The notes under the pieces are model-generated. The model did not search any database and was not told the origin of the DNA. It worked only from the letters and a program-made list of their open reading frames with translations. This document shows, piece by piece, positions 28,088 to 40,037 of a DNA stretch of 64,000 bases (position 1 is its first letter; every line of letters begins with the position of its first letter). Origin of the DNA: Nemertoderma westbladi (Eukaryota > Animalia > Xenacoelomorpha); the NCBI GenBank assembly GCA_032718475.1, contig JAUCBJ010007463.1:61025-125024 (forward strand), in the 5' to 3' direction. A program made the position numbers and the translations under genes.

Positions 28088-28437
28088 CTAGGACTAGGAC
28101 TAGGACTGGGACTAGGGCTAGGACTAGGACTAGGACTAGGACTAGGACTAGGACTAGGACTAGGACTAGGACTAGGACTAGGACTAGGACTAGGACTAGG
28201 ACTAGGACTAGGACTAGGACTAGGACTAGGACTAGGACTAGGACTAGGACTAGGACTAGGACTAGGACTAGGACTAGGACTAGGACTAGGACTAGGACTA
28301 GGACTAGGACTAGGACTAGGACTAGGACTAGGTCTAGGACTAGGACTAGGACTAGGGCTAGGACTAGGACTAGGACTAGGACTAGGGCTAGGGCTAGGGC
28401 TAGGGCTAGGGCTAGGGCTACGGCTACGGCTACGGCT
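28088..28437. repeat. Hexamer microsatellite (CTAGGA)n grading into (CTAGGG)n and (CTACGG)n
   Basis: Read directly. It ends ~70 bp upstream of the exon 3 acceptor. Confidence 0.95.
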
Positions 28438-28510
28438 ATAGGATAAGCTGTAGTCTGAAAGAATGAATGAATGAACTCCCAGGTAATTTAATTACATTAT
28501 TTATCCATAG

Positions 28511-28694
28511 GTCAAACATCTGGTTCTATTCTTCCGGCGGTTCACTTCTGCCCCATTTGTCGCGTTCAGTTCAGCAGCTACAAGCAACTCAACAAACACA
28601 TCCGTCTGTCCCACAGGGGCAATGTCCCTCAGTTCCAGTGCGTTCTCTGCTCCAAAAACTTCTCCAAGAGGAGCAACTTAAACAAACACTGGCG
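28511..28694 (+). CDS. C2H2 zinc-finger gene, coding exon 3 (finger 4 and most of finger 5); missed by the ORF track
   Basis: Acceptor tttatccatag. Reads HFCPICRVQFSSYKQLNKHIRLSH and FQCVLCSKNFSKRSNLNKHW. Donor GTAAGT at 28695, phase 2. Phases match both neighbouring exons. Confidence 0.9.
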
Positions 28695-29142
28695 GTAAGT
28701 TTTATTTTTTATAAAATTGCGGGCGATTGACGAGGTGATCGAGCTGAGCCCGGGTACCGACCGTTGTGTGTCAGTTGGTCGGTCGATCTGTCGCAAATGT
28801 TTAAAGGGTGATAAAATAACTCAAGTTAATATTTTATATAATTAAGCCAAAATTGCTTCACATGAGGTCTGCCAAAATATATGAACTATGCGTGGGGGAC
28901 ATAGCAGTTCTACAGTCACCTGCAAGAGGGTTACTAGGCAACATTAGAATTAATGATACTCAAGGTAAGCTTGCTTTATTCGTCTTGCATGGGCCCATGA
29001 TAGACAAGTTGTCCTTATACTAAATAGAGATTAATAGAATTGAAAATTTTTTACAATCTATGAAATCTACCTAGTTGTAAACTATATGTTAAAAATCTAG
29101 TTATGTATTTGTAATTGTATTTCCCTTTATATTTCCCTATAG

Positions 29143-29779
29143 CTACCTCCACAAACAGGAGCCACCAGCTCCGGAACCAGCCGCCCCCGCGCCACCCCCA
29201 GCCACTTCCTCGCCACACTCTACCGCCACTTCGGACTCCTACCCTACCACACCACCTAGCGGCATAAAGTCGCAAATGTTAACCGCCGAGACGCCGACTA
29301 GAGGCAACACCCTGAACTCTCCAGTGATCCCGATCCCGGTGCGCGCTCCGCACCCTTCCATAATGACGTCACTCCCCTTTTCCCAGCCGATGACGTCACC
29401 TTCGAGCGCTTCAGCGACTTTCCTCCCACACCAGATGGCCGCGTTAGCAGCCTCCCAACTCCCCTTCGGGGCTCCCCCCTCTATGCTCCCATTCAACCAG
29501 CTACAAGCAGCGCTCGCCGGATTCCCGATGTTCCCACCGACACTGTTCCAACCCGTTCTACCCTACCCCGCGGGGTTCCCTCGCAACCCGTTGGTTCCCC
29601 CTATCTTCCCTATGTTGTCCCCGGTTGCCATGGCGAAGCGACTCGCCCAGGTCGCCCACATCAGCAGCGGGGATTGGCAGTCGGCCCCTGGGATGTGGAA
29701 TGGTTCGGATCCCGAATCCCCCATGGTTATCGACGAAGAAGAGAAACCTCTCGATCTGACAACCACGTCTAGATATTAG
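29143..29779 (+). CDS. C2H2 zinc-finger gene, last coding exon (Pro-rich region, CtBP-binding PLDLT)
   Basis: Acceptor ttccctatag. (R)YLH completes finger 5. In frame with ORF 29276-29779, which ends EEEKPLDLTTTSRY*. Confidence 0.88.
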
Positions 29780-29860
29780 TTATAAACTCCACATAAACTG
29801 GAAAAGAGTGCGAATTTTACTTATATTATTCTGTGAGTTTGGTATAATATTTATATATGG

Positions 29861-30929
29861 TTATTGGTTCACGGTCTTTGACATAAGTGACCATTATTAC
29901 CGTAATGTGTGTGTGTGTGTGTGTGTGTGTGTTAGTGTGTGTGTCCAGAGCGATATCTCAGTTATTTATTAATCAATCGAAACAAAATTTGGACAAAAGT
30001 TAGATATAGGGATGGCGAAGGCTCATACAAAAAATTGGGTGTCGAGATGGTATTTGTGCGATGTGAGCGCTATATTTGCGTGTTTTCGCATGGTTTGGGA
30101 AAAAGCTATCTTGTCATAGGGAACGCAATGAATGATTCTGATATTTGGCATGGAGGTACCTGAATTATTTCTAAATCGATTAACGGAGGCCGATTTTTAA
30201 ATTTGGACCTACATTATGACCTAATTGAAGATTTAATTAAGGTAATTAATTAGCACTGCTAGTACTGTCTGATTGTCTGCCTGTAGTAGGCATACCGGAC
30301 CGGTACTACCTGACCACTGTAGGCCTATCTGCCTATCTTCATACTGTCATAGGTCAGTACAGCAGTAGGCTGGTAGGTCCTAGCCTAGCCCTAGCAGTAA
30401 ATATAATATTTCGCCATGTTCGCAGGCGACTTCGCACTGACTACCGGTAGGCCTATGCAGCTATGCTATGAGATTAACCGTCCAGTCGTTCAGATGCATA
30501 TGGTACCGGTACCGGAACGGGTTACGGTTTAATCCTGCATTTGTCAATTACGACAATACTGGCAGACTGGTACGACTTTGAGTACCGCTGTACCGGTACG
30601 CGGTAGCCTGCCGTTACCGGTTGAGCGGTAGGCGTAGGCGGTAAACCTACGGTGCGATGGTAGCCAGCCGGTAGGTGGTAGGCTTACCGAACCGGTATAA
30701 ATGTTGGCGGATGGCGGGATGACGTCGTGTGGCGCGTAATTACTTACCGGTTGCCGGTAGACGCCTACCCAACTCGTAACTGGTGGTCGTGGTCGTGGTG
30801 GGATGAGCATGAGGTCGCCTACGATGGGAACAAGTGAAAAGGAAACATAGGCCTACCCGAACGAAAACGTATTATTATTGTACTGATTAAGTAGGAGGAC
30901 CGTGAACCCTCCAGGCTTGCCAGCTTGTA
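29861..30929 (+). mobile_element. DINE-1/HINE-like non-autonomous Helentron element
   Basis: Subterminal inverted repeats GGTTCACGGTC (29866-29876) and GACCGTGAACC (30898-30908), a (TG)n microsatellite just inside the 5' end, and a short 3' tail after the subTIR. Confidence 0.6.
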
Positions 30930-32043
30930 GTAACTGTTAGTTAATTAAAGTTTTCATATTTTCATATAATATTATATTTCATTATCTAGTCGGAAACTTG
31001 GGAGCTATATTGATTGCTTCTTTTCTCACGGGGACGTGATTATATATGAATCCCTGTCTTTATATTTTACGCTTGTTGCCTTTATCGATACTCTATGCAA
31101 TGCATCGCTTTAGAATTCCATAAACTATTCCCTTATAAATTATTATTTTAATAGAATTATATCAACAATTAATAATTATGCTTGATTATAAGTAAATCTA
31201 TGCAATAGTCTATGCATTTATCCTAAGATTGTTACTACAATCTATTATTTTCAATAATAACACTTAGTTATTTGTTAATAACTAAGTTTTATTATTAGTA
31301 TTTGTTATATAACAGTTATTTTTGAATATTTAATACCTGTATTGTGTTTTTTGCGCTATATTTTTTTGAGATTATATTTCTCTGCTTTCTCAGTAGTGAG
31401 TAAAGTGCCCCGCCCCAGTTTATAACATGAAAAAAAATATAAAAGTCATTACAAAACTAACGTAGTAAACAAGTGCTTCACAAAAAGTATGAATGTTACA
31501 TTACAAAATTGAAAATTATTAAAAAATTTAAAATTACTTTGATTATTATTTTGAGGAATTATTTGGTTTTTTAGTCTGGAAATGTTACCCGGTTACTGTA
31601 TATTATGTAGTGAACACTTTTTACTGACAATTTTAATTGCACCAAATATTGTGTTTATAATGTTTGAAGTACATTTTTATATTGTTGTGACATTAGTATT
31701 ATAGCTATAGTATCATTCCATATGTTTGTTAAACAATTTAAAAATATTTACATTTATATCGCAAACATTTTATTTCAATCGTCGCTGTTTTTCAGTAAAA
31801 ACTAATTTGATAATTTAACAAAATATATTTGTATTAATTATTATTTATGACATTATTATGACATAGTGCGATTGTAATATCACGTTCGATAATCAAGCAA
31901 TATCTAGGTACATTATTTATGTCACTAATTCAACTTTAAGCTCTTAAAATGTTATATAATTAAGTATAATGTTATTCTCTTGAAATATAACAATCGCTTA
32001 TTATAAATATCTGAGTCAAAAAATTAATTCGTTATTTGGCGTA

Positions 32044-32290
32044 AATAATTCTACTGTATAGCTTTGCCGCAATCGAGATCAACGAGATTCCACGAAAATA
32101 TCCATATGTTGTTAGGTTGGGGCTGTGAGCAACTTATTTGTTTTCAGTTCTTGGGGGACTCTCTTTGTCCTACATGTCCACAAAAATGGGTTGAATGAGC
32201 TTCAAACACTCAGGAATTTTTAAGACCTCATGGGGAACGCCATCTACTCTACTGCCCGCACTATTGGTCTTAATGCTCTTTGCAGCTACA
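32044..32290 (-). mobile_element. Decayed LINE RT fragment of the same family as 1-453
   Basis: Aligns to ~247-453 (gcaatcgagatcaa...aacttatttgttttca...aaacactcagg...aagacctca) and continues past the point where the first copy is cut by the satellite. Confidence 0.8.
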
Positions 32291-32864
32291 GAGATGCGCC
32301 CTGTTAGACCCTTTAATGCATTCGTGCCGAAACGAAAACGTCCTTGTTCCCTGTGCTGGGACTAGGATTCCCGTTACAAATTAGTACTTGTGATATAAGT
32401 CACGGACTGATCTATTGCGATTGAATCTCTAATCTCATTATTTTACATAGATTTGTAGAATTAATTATAATTAGTCACTCAATTCCATACTACTGTAGCA
32501 TTCTGTTTATTGCTGTATGATTTGCATGTTCAGACTGGCCCGCTAAGCTGGACACGTACAATCACGTGGGTTGGAGGAATTCATTTCCACTCAAACTTTT
32601 ATAGTTTTGCGAAACAATTATTTCAAATAACTCAGTCTGTAAGGGAAGCATATCGTTGGCGCTTCTCACGACCTTTCCATAACCTACATACCCGTAACCT
32701 AGATGTAGTTTATATTCATTGTACCTTTTCTCGCTATACAAATTAATAGTTTTCAGGGGTTCGGTTCGCGCCCTTTCGGCTTGTCAGCCCAGGCCCTTTA
32801 CACTACTACCACCACGTTCTTGATGATAACAAACCCAATCCAGGGTTTCCCATAATTACGGGCC

Positions 32865-33001
32865 TCACTCACTCACTCACTCACTCACTCACTCACTCAC
32901 TCACTCACTCACTCACTCACTCACTCACTCACTCACTCACTCACTCACTCACTCACTCACTCACTCACTCACTCACTCACTCACTCACTCACTCACTCAC
33001 T
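32865..33001. repeat. (TCAC)n microsatellite, ~34 units
   Basis: Pure tetranucleotide run. Confidence 0.97.
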
Positions 33002-33386
33002 GACAATAGGTGTCCTGCTACCTGTTATGGGTATTTAATCAGAATCACCGCTCATATTGTCAGGTTCAGGTATTATTGGGGTGACCGAGAGTTGTACCGA
33101 TTAGAAATTACGTCACTTCGGCACCCGACGCCAATAGTTATTATTATTAGGCACGGCTGTAGAGAATATCCGACCGTAACTTATTACTTTACATATACCG
33201 CATAGCAAAACTCCACTGCAACAACGATAATTCCCAGGTGATCACCGCATTAGCTGAAATGTAATTTGATTGTCTGAATACTAGTAGCTTACCGCAGCTT
33301 AACCATTGACTGAGGGTTATGGGTTTCTAATAAAATCACTTCAGTACCACAACACTAAATAACCATGTTGACAAACTACTTGGCAA

Positions 33387-33854
33387 CGGGTGCGTACAAA
33401 ACAAAGACCCAAAAACTAAAGACCTGTACCAAACACATGGGTCAACTTTCGTCTATTGTTTTGGTTCCCTAAACACGCCTCTGTAACCTGCTCCTTTACT
33501 TACCTGCTCCTTTATATGGCAATAGTACCTAAAGCTCTTTATGACCTAACGCTCTTTCTCTTTGGGATCTAACGCGACTTTCTTAGTTTTGTACAGGTCC
33601 CAAAGAACGTTAGGGCCCATTGCTATTTAAAGGATCAGGTTTAGTAAAGGAGCAGGTTACAGAGGGGTTAGGGAAACCAAAACAATAAACGAAAGTTAAC
33701 GCATGTTACAAGATTATGCAGGTTACTTTTATTAAAGGCTGAAAGGAGCAGGTTACAGAGGCGTGTTGGGGGAACCAAAACAATAAACGAAAGTTAACGC
33801 ATGTTACAAGATTATGCAGGTTACTTAATTGGGTCTTTTGTTTTGTACTCACCG
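33387..33854. mobile_element. MITE with long inverted arms and a duplicated right arm
   Basis: Ends CGGGTGCGTACAAAACAAAGACCCA / TGGGTCTTTTGTTTTGTACTCACCG. The block aaaggagcaggttacagagg...gcaggttactt occurs twice (~33646 and ~33742) and is inverted at ~33445-33498. Confidence 0.75.
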
Positions 33855-35320
33855 ACTTGTGAACGGCGTTTCATCGACGAAAGGCATGAACTGTGTGATC
33901 ATTTAAAAATCATTCCACCTCTTGTGGCCTTTGGAATATGTACTGTATGTTCAATATCTAATTGACTTCTGCTCTTTGTAAGTAAAGAGAACCGGAATGT
34001 TCTACAGCACAGTACTGGTAATCAATTAGCCAACAACACCCACTACCTTACAATCAGTAGTAATTAGCTTTCTGATTGTCCTCAGCTATTTCTATTAGTC
34101 CTTAGCTAAGCCTGCTCAACGTGGTAGCAATCTGGTAAGCCTGCTCCACTCCCTGGTAGCAAATCTGTAATATTATGGAACTCCAATCAAGGGTTCGTTC
34201 ACCTGTCATAAAATCAACTGTTTTCTAAAAACGAATTAAGTTGGGTAGATTAACTAAAATGGATAAATTTTTTTTCTTGTAAACTACATTTTGAAGTTCC
34301 AATGTTGGTAGCGAAAAATGGTCAAATATGGGTCAAACCTCAGTGTTTAAGTTGCAGACCAAGGTGAAATAAATGTTCACTATATTATTAATTAATTGAC
34401 TTGTCTGAGGAAGTTTACGTGCAGCATTGTCAATAACTGCGGTGAAAATTTTTGTTGCTTAGCAGAGAATAAGTCAAGGAAATATGTTCCATAATGTTTT
34501 CCAATTAACAGTCACCATCAATACATATTGTTTCATCAAGAGTGACGTCAAACCAATCTGCGATCGCTTTAAGATCTCAAATATTTTCCTCGCGAATTTC
34601 TCGGCTATTTTTATATCAAGTTTAGTAAACGGCGTTGTTTTTATCTTAAACGCATCAGTTTAATGTTGTCATCAATTTATTAATTATTAATAGGATCACT
34701 TAGGGTTGATAAATAATAAAAACGTGGTTCAACATATCGCTCCTATAACCTTGTATTATTATTAGTTCATTCTTGAGATTAAGATGAATGCCGTTGTCAA
34801 ATGCAGGTCATCGAACCAACCAGATGAGGATTTCGGGACAATCCGTGATCCAAAAAACTCTCAAAGTACTTTAGTTTACTATAAAAATTATAATCCCGGG
34901 GTTGAGAATAGTAGCACTTGGGGGTCAGCGAATGATTGACCTTAAAACCCACTCATTCGATATAATTGGAGAATCCACCTCATGAATTTAACAAAGAGCT
35001 TAATCCTTCGTTATGGGAGAGCCATCAATTATAAGTTTGAAGGAAGCAGCGTCCGAACGCGACTAAACAATCACATCACTCACTCGCAGCGATATAAACT
35101 TTCCTGAATTCTAATTATAAATTCCAGTGGACCCGTGGTATTGAATTCGTTTCCCTTGAGGCTCGGAATATGATGGCAGTAATTGATTTCGAATCAATGC
35201 CGACCCATTCACTATTGTTGGAACATAACTCTATTAATTTGATGTGATCGCTTTTCTCCGGAGAACAATCCCGAAGGTCACGAGGCCCCGATTTTGGTAA
35301 GTTTGGGGACATAATAATGA

Positions 35321-36856
35321 TGTAACTGTATTTCTAGAGAATTTAAATAGTCAAGGGCAAGGACCTTCTCGTGTTTCATGCGGAAATAATTATCTAGGTT
35401 ATTTATTAAATATATATTGTGAAAGATTCAAAATAAGTGTGTCGGCCGTTCTATACCCTTATAGATAAATGAGAGGTTCTAGTCAGGTCGGGGTTTGTGT
35501 TGTCTGAATGACTCAGATCGCGGTTTGTGTTGTCTGAATCACTACACTTTTTAATTAATTAGACGACAACTATTGGGTCTAGGCTATGGTTACATTTTTA
35601 CTTACAGTAGCTCCTTGAAATAATTCATTAGGACAATTTTGTTCCGGTCTAGAGTGGCATATCCTGTCGGAAGACAACTGGCACGTTGTGTTTCAGACTC
35701 TAATTACATTATTAGTTGTTCCTTCCCCATGAGAATAATACAACTGACATACCAATCCAACAACATGAGATGATGATTGATACACTGAATATTGCTTCAC
35801 CTCCTACTCTACTTTGGCCTTCTACCCAATGGATGCTTTCCTGTCCCCTATCACGTGCCTCCCTTCCCTCTATTGGCTAATATACTACTTGTCACCTTGG
35901 CACTCAATGGGAGTGTCCCCCCCCCCCCCGCTGCTAGCCTCTACTAGCTATGTTCCCTCTGAGGTGGTTTGACCTCTAACCTTCCTTTCTATGTGGCTTT
36001 GGGGCTTGTGTTGCCCCCCCCCCTCCCCCAATATTGGTTGTGATACGAGATTGATATTGGTAATCTCGTATCCCCAACATATTGCTAAAATGCCACTATC
36101 CCATTTTCTGGTGGGTAATGAAGTGGAATTGAATCCACTTACTCTCCCCCCCATGCTATCTTCCCAGTGAGAAGATAGCATCAACCTCAAGTGCGGTTCA
36201 ATTCCGCTGGAACCCGATCTAATATCGGGTGTGGGGTGGAGTTCTTTTCTCGGGGTTGGCTTTCCAGGCCGCCCCCTTTGGTTATGATATTGCTACCCCT
36301 CCTTGGTGCAATCGCAACCTATGTTGCACCAATATATCTGACGTCTCTGTTCGAGACAATTGTGGACTCCTCTCACACAATTTTATAACACTTTGCTCTG
36401 AACTCACTCTATCCTCACTCTACTCTATCCCTCATGGGCCCTATTGCCCCTTATTCTCTCTCTTACAGCTCGCTCCCCACATTTGAATTGCACCCCTCTA
36501 GTTTCGACGCACGTCAATACCTCCTCTCCATACCTTCCTCATGCTCCTATACTCAACCCACACTTTGTTTTACTCTACTCACTCCTGACGAGCCTCACCC
36601 TCCCCTTTTGTGCCGTCGAACTCAAGAAGTGTGATTCGTCTAGTGTCCCATCCTCTTGTCATAGTCAATTCGTCCCCAGTCCCAGTAGCTAGTTGGAAAA
36701 AGGTTATATATGACTATAGTAATTACTCTGATTATATTGATTCTAATTATATTCTATTGATTATTACATATGTACATACTAATTGCACTTTATTAATTTT
36801 TTTGCACTTAGGAGTTCGTATTACTACACGTGTGGTGCCTTCCAGGCACACCTACA
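35321..36856 (-). mobile_element. Putative 3' LTR (~1.5 kb) of the minus-strand BEL/Pao element
   Basis: On the minus strand, the purine tract GGAGGGGGAGA (36867-36857) is followed at once by TGTAGG. The candidate end is ...AATAAA...CAGTTACA at 35321. The distal boundary is inferred because there is no second LTR to compare. Confidence 0.55.
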
Positions 36857-36872
36857 TCTCCCCCTCCGAGTC

Positions 36873-39207
36873 CTAGTTCGCTGTTCCTGTCTTCAGGAAC
36901 CATCTCAGTTCCTTCCCTCTATCATCGTCCTGTCTGGGTCGCTTCCTTCCCTCTGGTTTGTCCTCTTTGAGACTCCTCATCCTCGCCATTACCGCCTTAC
37001 TAATTCCTGTGGTCGATTCCTTGGGCGCTGGTGTTATTAGCTCCCGGTAACGCTTTGCAGGTGGCCCTTCCGAATGCCCCTCCTGCTTCCCCCTGATAGC
37101 GTCCCACAAGATCATTTTCATGGTTTGCGGCACATGCTCCGCCAGAAAATCTCTAAACTCTCCCCTGTTCTCCGGCGTCCATCTATCCAAGTACCTCTGC
37201 GTGTTGATGACCCCACCATACGATGCCGCCGTCGCTACCTCTTGGTATGTAAACGGAAGTCTCCTCTTAATAACTTCCAGATGGGCTTCAAGATTGATGT
37301 TGAAGAAATCCCACCGGAACTCCTGGGCCTTCATACTCTGCCGTATCATATCGCCGACGTCGGCCCACTCCTCGAAGATCTTAAACTTCCCCTCGTCGTC
37401 CATCCAGTTGCACTGGCGCCCATAGTGCCCTCGAAGTTACACTTTGAGCAGCGGTTGTGCAACCTCGGACACGCTCCCATCCTATGGCTCGACTTGCGGC
37501 AGTAGAGGCAGCTCGTCCCCTTCTGGAATCGATACAAACAGCTCTTTTCCTGGTGAGTCAACCTCCCGCAGTAATCGCAGCCGTGTATCAATGCATCCCG
37601 CCCCAAGTCGTCTTTTGCCCCGAGCGGTCTCCTAGGTCTGTGGAGCCATTGGTAAGCAAACTTCTGTCCAAGGCTACGTCCTTGTATCACCTCGGCATTG
37701 TCTCTCCAAACACTACCCGTGGTGCCGTTCCCGGTTGCTCGCTCAACCTGATAGTTCTCCCCGCGAAATCAATCGTTGGCTCCTCATGCACCCAGGTCCG
37801 CTTGCCGGGTTTATCTCTCAGTCTTTTCCTAGTGAAATCGCCCTCAGAGCCCGCTGGCATGGGCATCGCTTGCAATCCTGATGTTGACTGTTTCGGCGAT
37901 TCTTCCGTCCATCCTAGCTCCTCCCCCAGAAACTCGCCCGAGCTCCCTGATCCCCACCTCAGCTCATCTAAGCTCTGGGCCTCGAACCTGTAGTCCTCTC
38001 CCATAGCCTCCGCCTCTCTTTCATCTGCCTCCCTCCTTTCTCGTCTGGCGACTTCTTCCATTCGCTTCTCCTCAAGTCTATCTGCCTCCAGCTTCTCCCA
38101 CCTCTGATATGGTGTATCCACCTCCCTGTCTACTAGATGCCGGCAGTTGTAGTGCACCGACTTGCCCTTCAGCCCCGGGTGGTCTGCCAGACCTTCGAAG
38201 GCCACCTTGGAGGCTCTTCTGTAGTTAAGAGGTGATCCTGATAGCAGAAACGCTGCTGGCTCTCTTCCGATAACCACGGCCATGAATAGGTTTAGCAAAC
38301 CTATCATTATCCAATCCTCCTGTAGGATATATTGCTTTTGATATATCTTTATCGCTCCTCTCCGGAGCTGATACACCTCCTGTTTCCTGGCTTCACTCCC
38401 CATTTCAGCAAGTTCGCCAGCTCCGCTCCGTACTCCTCCCAAAACTTACCCCAGTTCATCGGCTTGTGGAGCCCCATGAGCTGGCCCATTGCCACTGCTT
38501 TGCAATGTCCTGTCTTCTCTACCAATCCCAACCCGTCTGGCCCTGTCATGGCCATATAGACCGCTTGCATGTCCAGGAGGTTGGGGGTCTCCAGTCCGAC
38601 AATCCTCCCCACATCGTCGCGGATTGCCAATCTCACCTTCATCGTTGACTTCTCCCTTACTAGGTCCTGCACCGCCCTTGGCAACCGGTTTAATTTCAGC
38701 CCGCTCTTCTTCCCATACGTTCCTAGATCGAATAGGAATATGTCTCCATTTGGAGCAGCCAAATGCAGTAGTATGGTTCTAGCCGACCCCGCCAACCCTC
38801 TTCTCGAACCCTCGTCATCTTCCACAGTCCCCTCGTCGTCCAGGACCATGTATCCTCCCCTGTTCACGGACTCTACACAAACCTCCTCCAGTCCTTTCTC
38901 GGTGGTTCCCTCGGATACTTCGGTATCCCGAACTTTGCTTTGACTCCTTTCACTACATAGTGGAAATGCTCGAGGATCGCGTTGTCTAGCGACGGTGTCC
39001 CATAGGTCCCGACCAGTCGCCTCTCGTCCATCTCCCTGAAGTGGTCCTGCAGTGCCCGCGCTTTGTGACCCTTCGCTAGCAGCTCGTAGTGCCTTTGCGT
39101 GAAGTCCACTAGTATCTCCTTTCCTCTCCTTTCCATCTTTCTCTTCTTAACAAGTCTCTCCGCCATTACGAACACTCTCGCTCGCTCACCCGCTTGGTGG
39201 TGCCTTG
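36873..39207 (-). pseudogene. Accessory ORF of an LTR retrotransposon: DEDDy-like (WRN/EXD2/RNase D-type) 3'-5' exonuclease, coiled coil and three CCHC zinc knuckles; ~4 frameshifts, 5' end deleted
   Basis: Joined frames give GYMVLDDEG (ExoI-like), TILLHLAAPNGDIFLFDL, LPRAVQDLVREKSTMKVRLAIRDDV (ExoII-like), LLDMQAVY and QKQYILQED (ExoIII-like). These are followed by an E/R-rich helix, then CDYCGRLTHQEKSC, CLYCRKSSHRMGAC and CSKCNFEG/HYGRQC. The stop lies 5 nt before the PPT. Confidence 0.7.
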
Positions 39208-40037
39208 CCTCGTGTTGTTGCATACAAGATAATGCCATAGCGTTTCTCCGTGTGTCGCATCACCTTAATCTTAATTGGCCCGAACATGTCTACGCCGCAG
39301 TGCGTGAATGGCGGGTTGTGTTGTCTTACTCTATTGGCCGGTAATGGTGCCATCTCCTGTACGACCCTCTCCTTTCTCGTCCGTCGGCAGGTCTGGCACT
39401 GCCCCACTACTGCCTTCACCTTCTTCCTCAACTGTGTGATCCAGAACATCCTCCGTATCTCTGCGAGAGTCTGGTTGGTGCCTCCATGTAATATCGACTT
39501 ATGGGAGTCCCAAATGATCTGGTGGACTATCAGCGATCTGTTGGGAATGATTATGGGTTTTGGTGGGATAACTAGGCTGTTGTTATTCAGCACTCTAGAG
39601 TTCATCACCAGAATCCCATCATCGTTTAGTTGTGGGGACAGCATGTTGAGCTCGCTGTCTCGACGAAGATGTTGTTGCCTGCTAACTCTATCCACTTTGT
39701 CGGCGTAGTACCTTCTCTGCTCGTACCGTATTACGGCCTTAGCTGCTCCCTCCAGATCGATGTTTGGTTTCCTCTTGGCATCCTTGCCAACTCCCTTAAG
39801 GAAATCCCCGTAGGCCCTCCAATATGCTACCAACTTCTTGGTTTTGTACCAGCTGAGTAACCTGTCCGTCGGGTTGTCGCATGGGTCTTCTGACTTCGGT
39901 GGCACCTCCTTGATCTCCCTCACCATCTGACTAAATATCTCTTCCCCTTCTGAATCTTCCTACTCTTCCTCTGGTGCTACTTCCTCCGAGCCCGGGTCCA
40001 CCTTCCTCATTGGTGGCCAGGCTGATCTATCGTTAAG
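39208..40037 (-). mobile_element. BEL/Pao pol fragment (post-RNase H linker, integrase HHCC, start of catalytic core)
   Basis: LSPQLNDDGILVMNSR, SHKSILHGGTNQTLAEIRRMFWI...CQTCRR and MAPLPANRV...PFTHCGVDMFGP...KRYGII are diagnostic of BEL/Pao integrase. Truncated at both ends. Confidence 0.9.

Noticed and set aside
28088-28437. Possible interstitial telomeric repeat
   Set aside because: The units are CTAGGA/CTAGGG, not TTAGGG or TTAGG, so it is treated as an ordinary hexamer microsatellite.
35321-36856. Idea that this LTR pairs with the LTR starting at 56531 or the Gypsy LTR at 46634
   Set aside because: No sequence similarity is visible and the orientation is opposite, so they belong to three different elements.
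37074-39860. Plus-strand ORFs overlapping the exonuclease/integrase region
   Set aside because: They are antisense shadows of the minus-strand coding sequence, with no recognisable motifs.
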